This document shows, piece after piece, positions 21,205 through 33,094 of a stretch of DNA of 64,000 bases; the first letter of the stretch is position 1; each line of letters opens with the position of its first letter. Source of the DNA: Macrostomum hystrix (Eukaryota > Animalia > Platyhelminthes); the NCBI GenBank assembly GCA_950097015.1, contig CATNEN010000006.1:432128-496127 (forward strand). The letters run 5' to 3'. The notes below the pieces were generated by a model, which searched no databases, was not told the origin of the DNA, and saw only the letters and a list, made by a program, of their open reading frames with translations. Both the position numbers and the translations under genes were made by a program.

Positions 21205-21890
21205 ATGAACTTCATCATGAAATGATCATGATCTAATTATGAAATTCCTGATGAAATGGTCATGATCTAGTTATGAACTTCCTGATGAAATGGTCATGAT
21301 CTAGTTATGAAATTCCTGATGAAATGGTCATGATCTAGTTATGAACTTCCTGATGAAATGGTCATGATCTAGTTATGAAATTCCTCCTGAAATGGTCATG
21401 ATCTAGTTATGAACTTCCTGATGAAATGGTCATGATCTATTTATGAAATTCCTCCTGAAATGGTCATGATCTAGTTATGAACTTCCTCATAAAATGGTCA
21501 TGATCTGGTTATGAACTTCCTCATAAAATGGTCATGACCTAGTTATGAACTTCCTGATGAAATGGTCATGATCTATTTATGAACTTCCTCATGAAATGGT
21601 CATGATCTAGTTATGAACTTCCTGATGAAATGGTCATGATCTATTTATGAACTTCCTGATGAAATGGTCATGATCTGGTTATGAACTTCCTCATAAAATG
21701 GTCATGATCTGGTTATGAACTTCCTCATAAAATGGTCATGACCTAGTTATGAACTTCCTGATGAAATGGTCATGATCTATTTATGAACTTCCTCATGAAA
21801 TGGTCATGACCTAGTTATGAACTTCCTGATGAAATGGTCATGATCTAGTTATGAACTTCCTGGTGAAATGGTCATGATCTAGTTATGATC
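21205..21890. repeat. 34-bp minisatellite (ATGAACTTCCTGATGAAATGGTCATGATCTAGTT)n, ~20 copies
   Basis: Directly visible. Confidence 0.95.
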
Positions 21891-22830
21891 ATTAAATGTG
21901 TTACACTCTACTAACAATTGGCATTCTATAAGTAGTACTATGCATTGTGTGCTTCATGGCATGATTCCCAAAGATTATCATTGGTTGCCAGCCAGACAGG
22001 CCAATCCTAGAAGTTTTGAGGTTCTATCTAGAAATTGCGCAGAGCCCTTTATAGTGAAGAAGTTCTTATCCCAAAGAAACGCTTAGAAACAAAATTTTAG
22101 TAGAAAAAACTTTAGTCGCTCTCAATAAGTGATTTTTGAGTTTCTAGTTTGCAACTAGTGCCTCATACCAGCTCGGCATATTTTTAATTTGGTGAGTTTA
22201 GATTTCTTAATAATGAATTTTGTACATTTTAGTCATACTCGTGTGCTGAGTGCCTGAGTCTTCTCAATATTGTAATTTGTGTTTATATTTCACTAGATTT
22301 CGGACACACATTTGTTGCCTTTATCACCTGTGTATTATGGTGCCTTAATAAGGCTCATATATATTATATAGTTTACATACACCTGTTGCTCATATAGATG
22401 GCCAATTAGCTCTAGTCTCTGCTCCGGATTCGGACAGAATCTGGGCGGGCTGGATGACTCTCACTGCACCCTCAATGAACCCCGGCCGCTCTATCATTTT
22501 TGCGTGTCCAACTGCTTAATTATCTACCTATGTTTCTGACAGTGCCACATCCTGTTACCCGGGGTATATTGCCCTGCTTCCCTCTCACCCTGTCATATTT
22601 GAGGCTGTAAATCCTACTGCTTGTGCTCAGCTGAGGTCATATTATACAGTATTTGCCTGAGCAGACAGTTCTGGTAGGTTGTAGCCTGAGTTGCTACAGC
22701 TTTGTGGCTCCTAGCACGAAGATATGTCCATGGAACATGTCCATGGACTCAATAGCTGTACGCCGAGAAATAGCTGTAGTTTTGGTATTGACTGTACATC
22801 TAGACCAGGTGTCATTGCTAGCTAGTTTTC

Positions 22831-23187
22831 GGGGGTCGGTGGCAGAGCGATTTAACGCATTTGCCTCTCGCCCCAAGGTCAAGGAAGTTCGATTCCGCGG
22901 CGAGGCCACATTAATTTGGGGCGCAGCCGCGGAGAGAAGGCTTGGCGGCTTGTCGTGCAATTTACGCCCTTGAGATCCAACCTACATCGCTGAGAAAGTC
23001 AGGGCAGGTGTTCACACCTGTGGGTGTGTGTGCCTGCGTACAGTATCTGTGTGCGTGTGTGCTCAGGAGTCAGCGAAATGGGCAGAATTGCCTCCTCGCT
23101 GGCTGCGGTTCTAGGGTCACTAAATGATGTCCCATTGCTCGCAGCCCTCCTGCAAATGTAATAATAATAATTATTATTATTATTAGT
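22831..23187 (+). mobile_element. SINE family A, most complete copy
   Basis: GGGGTCGGTGGCAGAGCGATTTAACGC (A box), AGTTCGATTCC (B box), ~270-bp body and (TAA)/(TTA) tail. Confidence 0.9.
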
Positions 23188-23904
23188 TAAGATTTAGTCT
23201 GATAGTTCTAGGAGTTCCTACCCTGACTCTTGATCGCTTATTGATAAATAAGAGAAGACAATTTCATGCAAAACCAAACCCCCCCGGAAGCGCCAATTCG
23301 CCTCGTCCTTCTGATAGAAACGTCTAACAAATGCAAGCCCACACAGCGCATCAGAGAGGCCATATACGCGTGCCATTTGTGCAGCCAGCCACTAATACAA
23401 GGGCTGCCTTTAATTAGGTGCCTATATACGGATATAGATCGCTCTCATCCCGCACTAGTGCCTAGCGAATAGTAACTATTGGAAAGCTACTTAGAGGGAG
23501 GAGAGGGGGAGATTGAGATGGATTGGGGATTGATAGAATCGATGTCCTAGTAGATTAGAGTAGTATTGAGCATTCCAATTCTGTAATTCACCCAACCGCC
23601 ATTGATTGATTCCAATGATGTAGCTGCACATTCCAAAGAATCTGCGGCATAAACAAAATTTTCTTTTCTATTTTTTCTTACCGGAGAGAAGATCATTGAG
23701 TTACCGTTTCTTCCTCCAGAGTAAGTAATTAAGAGTAAGAGTAAGTAAGGTGTCCAGCTTAAGGGAACTCGCGTTGTTATTAAAAAGGGGGATTTTGCCT
23801 TGCATCTCGTCCTACTAAAACCACTCTTCTGATCTCTTTAAGGTATTTACTAACTAACTAACATTACCCTACCGATCTCTCTAATGTACCACGATTTGGC
23901 TTCA

Positions 23905-24400
23905 TATCACTCTTATCACTCTGAAGCCACTCTTATCATTCTGAGGTCACTCTTATTATTCTGAGGTCACTCTTATCACTCCAAGGTCACTCTTATCACT
24001 CTGAGGTCACTCTTATCACTCTGAGGTCACTCTTATCATTCTGAGGTCACTCTTATCATTCTGAGGTCACTCTTATCATTCTGAGGTCACTCTTATTATT
24101 CTCAGGTCACTCTTATCATTCTGATGTCACTCTTATCATTCCGAGGTCACTCTTATCATTCTGAGGTCACTCTTATCATTCTGAGGTCACTCTTATTATT
24201 CTCAGGTCACTCTTATCATTTTGAGGTCACACTTATCATTCCGAGGTCACTCTTATCATTCTGAGGTCACACTTATCATTCTGAGGTCACTCTTATTATT
24301 CTGAGGTCACACTTATCATTCCGAGGTCACTCTTATCATTCTGAGGTCACACTTATCATTCTGAGGTCACTCTTATTATTCTGAGGTCATTCTAATCACT
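23905..24400. repeat. 20-bp minisatellite (TCACTCTTATCATTCTGAGG)n, ~24 copies
   Basis: Directly visible, with degenerate copies to ~24490. Confidence 0.95.
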
Positions 24401-25744
24401 ATTGTCACGCAGGAGTCACTAGAGTGTCACTCTGAAGGCACTCGTATCACTCTTATCACTCTGAGGTCGCTGGTATCGCTTTGAGGTCACTCTAATGTCT
24501 CCTGTGTCACTGACGGCCAAGAGTCCTTCATCAGTAAGAATTTCGTCTTCTTGTCATCTCTGCTGATTAACTTGAAGCCGGATTGCCTACAGCTTTGAAG
24601 GCTGTCGGGCTTCAAAACTTTGTTCGACATGCTTGCCAAAAAACTTGCGTCACAATATCGACAGACAATGTCCTCCGAGGATTTGGCGCAACTGCAGATC
24701 TCTGTCGCAAATCTAATTTGATTTTCTGAGTGAGTGACATCACTAGATTTACCGCTGAAGCCATAGAACTCAAGGATCTGGAGAGTTGGACCGATCCGGA
24801 AGCCCTGGCGCGCCCTTGTAGGCCAGCTCAAATCACAGACTCTCATCCAAGCTACTCAAGATTGTCACACTACTCGGCGCAGTTGGCGAAGGGCGCAATC
24901 AAACGGAAATCAATATAGTCTCAGTCGGAGAAGCCCTAATAGCCAGGCCTAGTTACTGATCTGCCTCTAAGTCACTGCAAATCCTAGAGAATTTCCATTG
25001 CTAGTGAGCACAGTGACTCACAGAATCCTGTCTGTATTTATTTATATACACGCGTGTGGATATCCTAATATGCAGATTTGAGAATATGGCGACACTGCTG
25101 CTATACTTTGGTCCGCTAGTTTTCTAGTTTTCTGTTTTTATTTCGCCGTTCGTGAAGTTGAAAAGGGAGCATAAGTTTAGTATTCTGCCGCTTCCTATGA
25201 GACTCATTGCTGGTCAGTGGGATGCGCTGACTGTTTCTGGCTGAAGGTCCGCGCAACTGTTGCGTAATCATTCTACACTAGTCCCAAATTTGTGGGAAAA
25301 TTATACAGACACAATTTCCTCGATCAGTTTATGCATATGTATTGGGGAAGAATTTAACAAACTTTGTCTAGTCAGTGACAACTGCATTGCGGCCAAAAAT
25401 TACTATGCGGATGCATGCACCCTAGTGTCCCTGGGAACAATATACTGTCTTTCACGCCCAAGCAGCCATGCTAAAACAAATCTGATAGATCATATCTGTT
25501 AGTTAACCTCTGAGACTATGTGATTTTGTGCAATTAGATTGCATCACCTGCTTGACTGGACACTTTGTATCTGAGTTTTCTTTTCTAGAAAATGAGACTG
25601 AATTAGAATTCTATAATTATCTGTGAGCACAATCTCGCATTGTTGTGGGCGGTGCTAAAATATGCCTGGGGAGACATATTTTTTCATCTGAATCACAGAT
25701 AATCCTTATTATTAAAATGATAGAACAGATGAAAGAGATACGAT

Positions 25745-26395
25745 ACATTAGAGATGAGACATGGGAGAGATGAGACACGGGACAGATGAGACACTGGAGA
25801 GATGAGACACGGGAAAGATGAGACACGGGAGAGATGAGACACAGTAGAGATGAGACACAGTAGAGATGAGACATGGGAGAGATGAGACACAGTAGAGATG
25901 AGACACGGGAGAGATGAGACACAGGAGAGATGAGACTCGGAGAGACATGGAGAGATAAGACACGAGACAGATGAGACACGGGAGAGACGAGACACGGGAG
26001 AGATGAGAAACGGGAGAGATGAGACACGGGAGAGGAGAGACATGGAGAGATAATACACGAGAGAGATGAGATACGGGAGAGATGAGACACGGGAGAGATG
26101 AGACACGGGAGACGAGAGACTTGGAGAGATAATACACGAGAGAGATGAGACACGGGAGAGATTAGACATGAAGTAGATGAGATACGGGAGAGATGAGACA
26201 CGGGAGAGATTAGACATGAAGTAGATGAGACACGAGAGAGATGAGACACGGGAGAGATGAGATACGGGAGAGATGAGACACGGGAGAGATTAGACATGAA
26301 GTAGATGAGACACGAGAGAGATGAGATTCTGGAGAGATGAGACACAGGAGAGATTAGACATGAAGGAGATGAGAAACGAGATGACACAGGTTGAC
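25745..26395. repeat. Purine-rich ~18-bp minisatellite (GAGATGAGACACGGGAGA)n
   Basis: Directly visible. Confidence 0.93.
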
Positions 26396-28149
26396 ACAGA
26401 TAAGATTAAAACTCATTTTCGAAGATGAGACTGCATAAAACTTAGCATTTAGCAGTGAACTCGGGCGATCGCACAAGGTAAGAGATGAGACGTTGAGATC
26501 GCAAACTATTAAATAAGAAATCCAATGAGGTATAGCAAAGCCTTCAATATGAATCTATTTAAAGGTGGAATATTGTTTAGCCCCAGGTGTATAGCAAACA
26601 CAGATTCCCACCTATATCGTGGCGATGCAACAGTAGCGAAGCATTGAGATTGGCGGTCGCGGCTTTGTTTGCATAGACGGTCCAAACCTAAGAGAATGGC
26701 ACAACTGGCAAAACACAAAGGCAATCTAGTGTATTTGGCTTACTGAGCTGAATTAATGCTAAAGAATAATGAGCTGAAACACTCATTAGATTATTCCGAA
26801 GACCTACTGCAATGTTTTCTCTTACAACTAATGCGAAACTGGCCTCTGTTCGTGCTTTTCCCAATTTTATTTACATTTTTTCCCGATTCACTATATGTCT
26901 GCGGCCAAGGCAACAAAGTGCAGGCTTACAATTGCTGCTGCTGCTGCTGCTGCTGCTGCTAGGCCTCGAAGGCAGTCCGACCATCTAAAAAACTACATTA
27001 ATCAAGCATGTCAGCGCGAACCTTTAACTGTACCAATGGGAACACTGGAATTGGGATTTGGCAATAGATTTTCATTGACGTTGGGAGGTGGTGCTGTTTC
27101 TAAGAAACCGTTAATTTAGTACACGCTTTCCAGCAAGAATGCATTCGAAGATAATCTGTGATAACATTTTCGGTAAAACCCTTTGATTTAAGAAACTAGC
27201 CTGCTTCTAGTCTTTTTAATCCTAGTTCAATTCGGACTTTTATTGGAACAAAAAAAACATTTTTTGCCGAAAGTGAAAAATCGGGAGCTTGTTAAAATGC
27301 TAAATTTAATTTCCTTTCAAGCGCCTGTGTCCTCTAGTTCGGTACATCCCCAGGCCCGGGCCTCTGAAACACGAATCTTTCCTGCGAATTCGGCGTATGG
27401 GAAAAATTGAACAGCAGAAATTTTATGTTCAACTCTCGCAAAAAACTAGATTTTCTGCACACAAACGAGGACATCATATCCGTTGCGAAGTGTATCTCCA
27501 GCTCCGTACCTTTTCCGATTCCGAGGTACTATTTGAAAATTCAATTTCCCATCACGCGCGCACCTAGCGGGTGGGATGGCGGGCTGACATGGGATAAAAC
27601 TCCCACTGGGCAATCCCACAGACCCACTGCGCAACCTGTCAATTTAGTTTCCTCCTATATTGCTTGGAGACAGACAGACGAACAGGTGGATGTAAGTGAC
27701 GCATTCTGCTGACTGTTGGATAGACATGGGGACAGAGGGGGAGATGGGAGGGTGGGTGGCTGCGTAAGAGGGAAATGGAATTTTGGCAGCTGTTTAGTTG
27801 TCAAGCCTCATTTTCAGCAGCAGCAGCAGCAGAAGCAGAGGAGGCAAAAACGACGATTGATAAGGTGGTAAAAAAGTAGCTTACAAACATTATTTCAGCC
27901 CTGTCAGGTGCCTGATCAGTTTGAGTAATTGTTTAACAAATAACACAGTACATACTGACTGCAGTGCGTGTGTGGAATGCTGCTGAGAAATGATTATGCG
28001 TAACTTTTGTGCGGGTTAGTTGAGTATTCATTATTTTATTTTGGCTTAGCAAGTGTCGAGCTTTTCTAGGCTGAAATTGAATTCCTAACCTGAATAATAA
28101 TTCCCAAACTAAAATACTTAATTTCACAAACTAAATACTCATCCCCAGT

Positions 28150-28430
28150 CAGAAGCTTATCCCCCACCTAAAGCTTAATCACCCACCTGAAACTAAATTA
28201 CCTCACCTGAATCCTTATCATCCACCTGCTGAAGCTTATTCCCCATCTGAAGCTTATCCCCCTGAAGCTTAATCCCACACCTTATGCTTTATCCCCCTGA
28301 AGCTTAATCTCACACCTGAAGCTTAATCCCCACCTGAAGCTTGATCCCCCACCTGAAGCTTGATCCCCCACCTGAAGCCTAATCCTCCATCGGAAGCTTA
28401 ATCCCCACCTGAAGCTTACTCCCCCACCAG
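28150..28430. repeat. Degenerate ~20-bp minisatellite (CCTGAAGCTTAATCCCCCA)n
   Basis: About 14 degenerate copies. Confidence 0.8.
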
Positions 28431-28466
28431 AAGATTCGAATTGCTGAGATGTGAACTCCCGACCTC

Positions 28467-28646
28467 TCAGTGGTGTACGCTTAAAGCTGCCTTGTGTCTC
28501 ATTTTACGTGCCACTATCTGGTTCTTGGAATCTTTAGCAACACTGGAAGCATCCGCCTGTTGCTGCTGCTGCATCAAGAATGATGCAAACCAGATTCCTT
28601 CTATAGTCAGTACCAAGGTGCTGATTATCACAGCCAATGATTTCAT
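28467..28646 (-). CDS. Candidate short ORF or first exon with a signal-peptide-like N-terminus (59 aa)
   Basis: MKSLAVIISTLVLTIEGIWFASFLMQQQQQADASSVAKDSKNQIVARKMRHKAALSVHH*. It falls just under the ORF-track cutoff. No downstream exons could be linked. Confidence 0.25.
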   Translation of the reverse strand: MKSLAVIISTLVLTIEGIWFASFLMQQQQQADASSVAKDSKNQIVARKMRHKAALSVHH

Positions 28647-29994
28647 CTATGGGCATGGTTACCGGCAATCAACAGGATCTTTGGCACAGCTGGCTGACTG
28701 TCGAACTGCACTCGATTATTAAGCGAAAACTGTCAGATTAACAGATTAAACCAGCGGGGACTGGGCCTAATAGATTCAAAAAGTTTCACTTGGCTTATGC
28801 AATAGGCTTCCAATTTTTTCTCACGTAATGGAAAGGAATTAGCTCTTAATTGGAAATGGGATGCTGCACATAATAAGTGTCGCCTGTTAATGGGGACAAC
28901 TCTAAATTTTGTTCGGTTCAGTAGATGCACAGCACATTTTTCATCTACTCGTACGCTAGCCACTGTCGCCTCAGGGCCTTCTCGAAAAGCCGAAAGTGGA
29001 CTTGGGAGAGCAGGACTGACATACTTACAACCTTACACTGCCGCATCAAACTCCAGAAGAACCGTTTCTATAATCCTACAAAATCATCTGGCCTAAGGCT
29101 TGAAGTGTGAAATTTGCTGCAGTTTTTTCCCATCGACAAATTTCCCATCTGTAACCAACCGTTAGCTGCTAACAATGCAGAGTACTATGAAACTGAAAAT
29201 GTACCTGCTTGATATTCAGAGGCCTATTTTAAAGACAGAATTGGTCGTTTTATTGGGTTCAAACCCTCAGTCCTTTTTTAACGAGAACTTCAGAATAGGG
29301 AGCTAGCTAGGAATGAGTCAGTTACAGCCAGCAAACCTGAGAAAGTTTATTTTGTTTGTGAATCACTCCTATGCAGCCACGCAGTCACTGTGCAATCAAA
29401 TGTAAGGAAAAGCGAAAATTAAACAACAACAAAAATTGACGCCGCGATCTTCGGTCGCTTTGAACGTCAGGTGACGAGCAAGTAATCAACTTTTCGAAGT
29501 CTCTCACTCGATCTCGCCGTGTCGAGTCTCCAAGGCCCGTCCGTCGGCTTTTTAATATCAACAGCGGGCTTACTCCAGCCCAACCGAGCCACTGGACATT
29601 GGCTGGATGACGCAATGCCCCGCTTCATCACCCCTCGGATGTCTGTCCCCGAGGCCATGACCTGCCCTCGCTGCGTGTCGATCTGCAGTGGCGGAGAGGT
29701 CCACCATCAGACAGCTGTTGCTCTCAGGGATATTCCCAAAGCCATCACACTTCATTGTCCACTGGATTGGTTGAGTTTCGACCATTCGGGGTGGCGTTAC
29801 AGCGATTGTGTAACTTAATTTCGAATCGGAAAACTTCTCTTCCACTCATTGATGTGTCCGACAGTAATTCACAGTTTGTTTTCCAGCCAGTGGCTCCATG
29901 TGACAACGAAGCTTGAAAGCTTCAAAAAACAGCATTAAATTATATATAAGTTATATTAATTTATGGATTCCTGAGTACATAATCACACAGATAA

Positions 29995-30190
29995 GGTACG
30001 GAAGCACGCACATAGGATGTACATCAGCCCATACTTTTTCGTTGTCAATCAGTGTACATTCTGACTGTGCCTCAAAGTTGCAAACTTCCCAAGCATTCTC
30101 TCCGCAGCTGCGCCCCAAGTAAATGTGGCCTAGCCGCGGAATCGAGCTCGGGGACCTCGGTGCGAGCGGCAAACTGCCAATCACCCCTCT
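29995..30190 (-). mobile_element. SINE family A, partial copy
   Basis: Shares GCTGCGCCCCAAGTAAATGTGGCC...GCGGAATCGAGCTC...GGTGCGAG with the other copies. Confidence 0.75.
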
Positions 30191-31099
30191 AAGCTAGGAG
30201 TTTATTTTGGCGAAATCTCCTCATTGACACAAAAATATAGAATAAGACTGAAGATATTTCCACACACAGTGGTCCAGTCATTCAGCATATTCCGTGACAG
30301 AATTTCGTATCTTAGATCAGTGACTATAGCGAAACATTTGGACAAAAAGTGAAAGCTACAAGCGAACAAGCAAATTGATCTCGCGTTTGTCAGAAAAGGC
30401 GCGGTGTATACTCGTGTTAGATGCCTAGATCTGTCTATAGATTAGCGCGGTAAGCAATCTAACCCTTTGAGCCATCCGTCCGTTTTGGGAATCTTATTTT
30501 TATACCCCGTTAAAATAGTCCCATAGTTGCTAAACCGTAGAATACGCTCGTACATATGAAACAGTTCGTTAATAACCTCACTTGATGATCACCTTTCTCC
30601 TAGCAACTGACGGGACTAACGCACATCATATTTTTTTCTTTCCACATAGAAAGACAAAGAAGAGAGACAAATTCCATGTGCAGTTATCCTCTTCCCGTCT
30701 TCAACTTCATATTTGTCTCTATTGTGTGAAGTTAGCGATCGTGATTTAGCTCGTAATATACTATAGTCTTGCCAACTTTCGGGTGGATGATTAAGCCCAA
30801 AGCGTTATAGGCTGAAAACATTTCATACGCTGACATTGGAAACGGAGACGTCTATGGCAAATAGTTTGGTAGCACCCATCCCAAGAGCAGCTTTTTCATG
30901 AACGCTATAGGTCTGTCTATGGGCCAACTCGAAAATACACCTGAGAGCTTTAAAATTAGACATCTAAACACTTGTCTATGGTTAAACCAAATGAACTCAA
31001 TAAGGCTTGTAAAGTTTGCTGCCCAGAAAGTGTCACCATTTACTGTTATTGAGACATAGAAACGAGACTCCAACGTACGCGAAAAAAACGCGAGAAAAA

Positions 31100-31478
31100 A
31101 GAGACATCGTTTAGCAAGCTTGGAAAAAAGTGGGCACTGGGTGACATCTCTCGAATGCTAGGGCATCAAGCGAACCTCCGTGTACAACATCTGCCACGCT
31201 TTTGATTTGGAAGTGAGTCTCTAAGCACTGCCCAGGGGTGGAACTAAGAACCAAAATCTCACCGAACCTATGAAAGACTTTCTGCAAGCTGCGGTCGAGG
31301 AGAATCTGTTGGTCACGTTGCAACAGCTACGCAGAGACTCGCTGTCTAATTGTCCACCCCTGAGCAGTGCTTAGAGGCTCCCTTCCAAATCAAAAGCGTG
31401 GCAGATGTTGTACACGTAGGAGGTTCGCTTGATGCCCTAGCATTCGAGAGATGTCCATAGACAAGTGTTTAGATGTCT
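31100..31478 (+). mobile_element. Decayed Tc1/IS630-like transposase N-terminus with an inverted duplication
   Basis: Across frameshifts and stops it reads DISRMLG/IKRTSVYNICHAFDLEVSL*ALPRGGTKNQNLTEPMKDFLQAAVEENLLVTLQQLRR, a paired-like HTH of Tc1-type transposases. 31354-31455 is the reverse complement of 31143-31241. Confidence 0.6.
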
Positions 31479-33094
31479 GCCCGCTGTCTAATTTCAAAGC
31501 CCGCAGGTGTATTTTCGAGTTGGCCCATAGACAGCAGTCGCTGTGTGGTGCCGCAGCAAGCTCAGTGTTCAATTTAAAAGCCCGCTTTCGCAAAGGCATC
31601 GCAAAATGCTATAGAATATACGTATTCTCATGTACGAGTTAAAATCAATCGTTGTCATTCTACTCATTGATTTCCTGAATGTTTTTTCAATCTATTTCCG
31701 CACCGATCAATAACGTGTTATCGGTGAAAGCTATTATAACCATCTTTGGAGGCTTGCAACACATTGATACATTGCCTCTTTAAAGATTCGGAAATATACA
31801 GAAACAGGGATTCGGATAGCAGTATTTTAAGTGGAACCTTTATTTCTCGCCGAAACTTTCACCAGGTGACATTCTCGATCGCTGCACGCTGATTTTCCGG
31901 TCGGCAAATCCTCTCTTAGCAATGCGGCAGATGAGCTTTCCAAGAAATGCGCCTTCTTCTACTCATCCTTGCTGTAAATTCCTCAACATAATTCCGTCAA
32001 ACTGAGGGCACTGAGAATGGGATTTAATCCCATTTTCCCCTCTCTGACTCCCACTGCATCCTCCTCGTCTAGGTGGGAGATCCGCGGCTTGCGCCACGAT
32101 CCTTGCAGCTGAGTTCCAAGACTCGGAAACTGGATAGACAGGACCCCGAATCGATGCCGGCCTCTTAAAGCTGCTGGATATTTTCCCAACAAGGCTCCTC
32201 CTCATTTTTTTTCCAATTCTCTTTCCGTGGATAAAACTCGTCCGAGTGGCGGAATGGCGGGATATCTCAATCTGAGAAGGACTATGAAGGGGAATGGATA
32301 ACCCAATCAATGGTGCGTCTGATGTGTGCGCTCTATGCAGCGGTATCAACCGTCCTTTTCGGCCCCTCCCAATCGTTTACCGTGATTTATAGCTGGCACA
32401 CTGTTAGAGCATTTTATTTTATTTTTGCGAACTTCTCCAACAAAGGTATTGGTGTCGCTCCGGTCGACTGATCAGTTTGTGCTGCTTGTCTCAGGAACAA
32501 TTTATACTAGCACGGCTACTAATTTGGTTAGTACCAGTCCAGCCAAGACCACTCTATTGGTAGCTGGTCAGCAATGTGTGCTTTTCTGCTCGCTGGCTGA
32601 TTAGCCTTGGGCCAGTCTTGTTTGCCCAGTGAGTCCTTCCTCCACGGGTGTATGGGGGGGTTCTCAAGATCCGCCAGTTGAGGAGAGGTTGGGAGGGGCG
32701 GCAGTTTGAGACTGATTGATGGAGCTTGGGATGCTGGCATGGCATCCTTGTCGGGACTGGATGAGCATCCTCACTTATAGCATCATCTCACTTTTCCGAT
32801 TGTAAATTTCCCAGGACACCAATCGGGGTCACCAACCCTCGGCTGATGAATCTGGCTTCTTGGAAGCCTTCTATGGCATATTTGATAAACCAATTTGACT
32901 AACTTGGCCAACTCCACTGGCTTTGCACTTATGCTCTTTCTCAAGAAAATCTAGCGAATACTATTTATTAAGGTTCGGCCATAGACAAACATGAATTCCG
33001 GCTCGAAAAACTCCGACAGTCCCGTCCAATAACCCTCTTCTGTTTTATTTCTTCATATATTATCTTTATTAGTCTAATCTACTCCGTGCTTCAT

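Noticed and set aside
24487-24846. 119-aa minus-strand ORF with CRYC
   Set aside because: A single CxxC without the partner His/Cys ligands. No family could be assigned.
25617-26387. Repeat-derived ORFs here and at 15742-16143, 33132, 43219-43887, 52751 and 57470
   Set aside because: They are open only because the satellite units lack stops in those frames.
26930-26984. Exon-like minus-strand segment (tttttag...|gtaagc) around a (CAG)n tract
   Set aside because: It could not be joined in phase to any convincing neighbouring exon.
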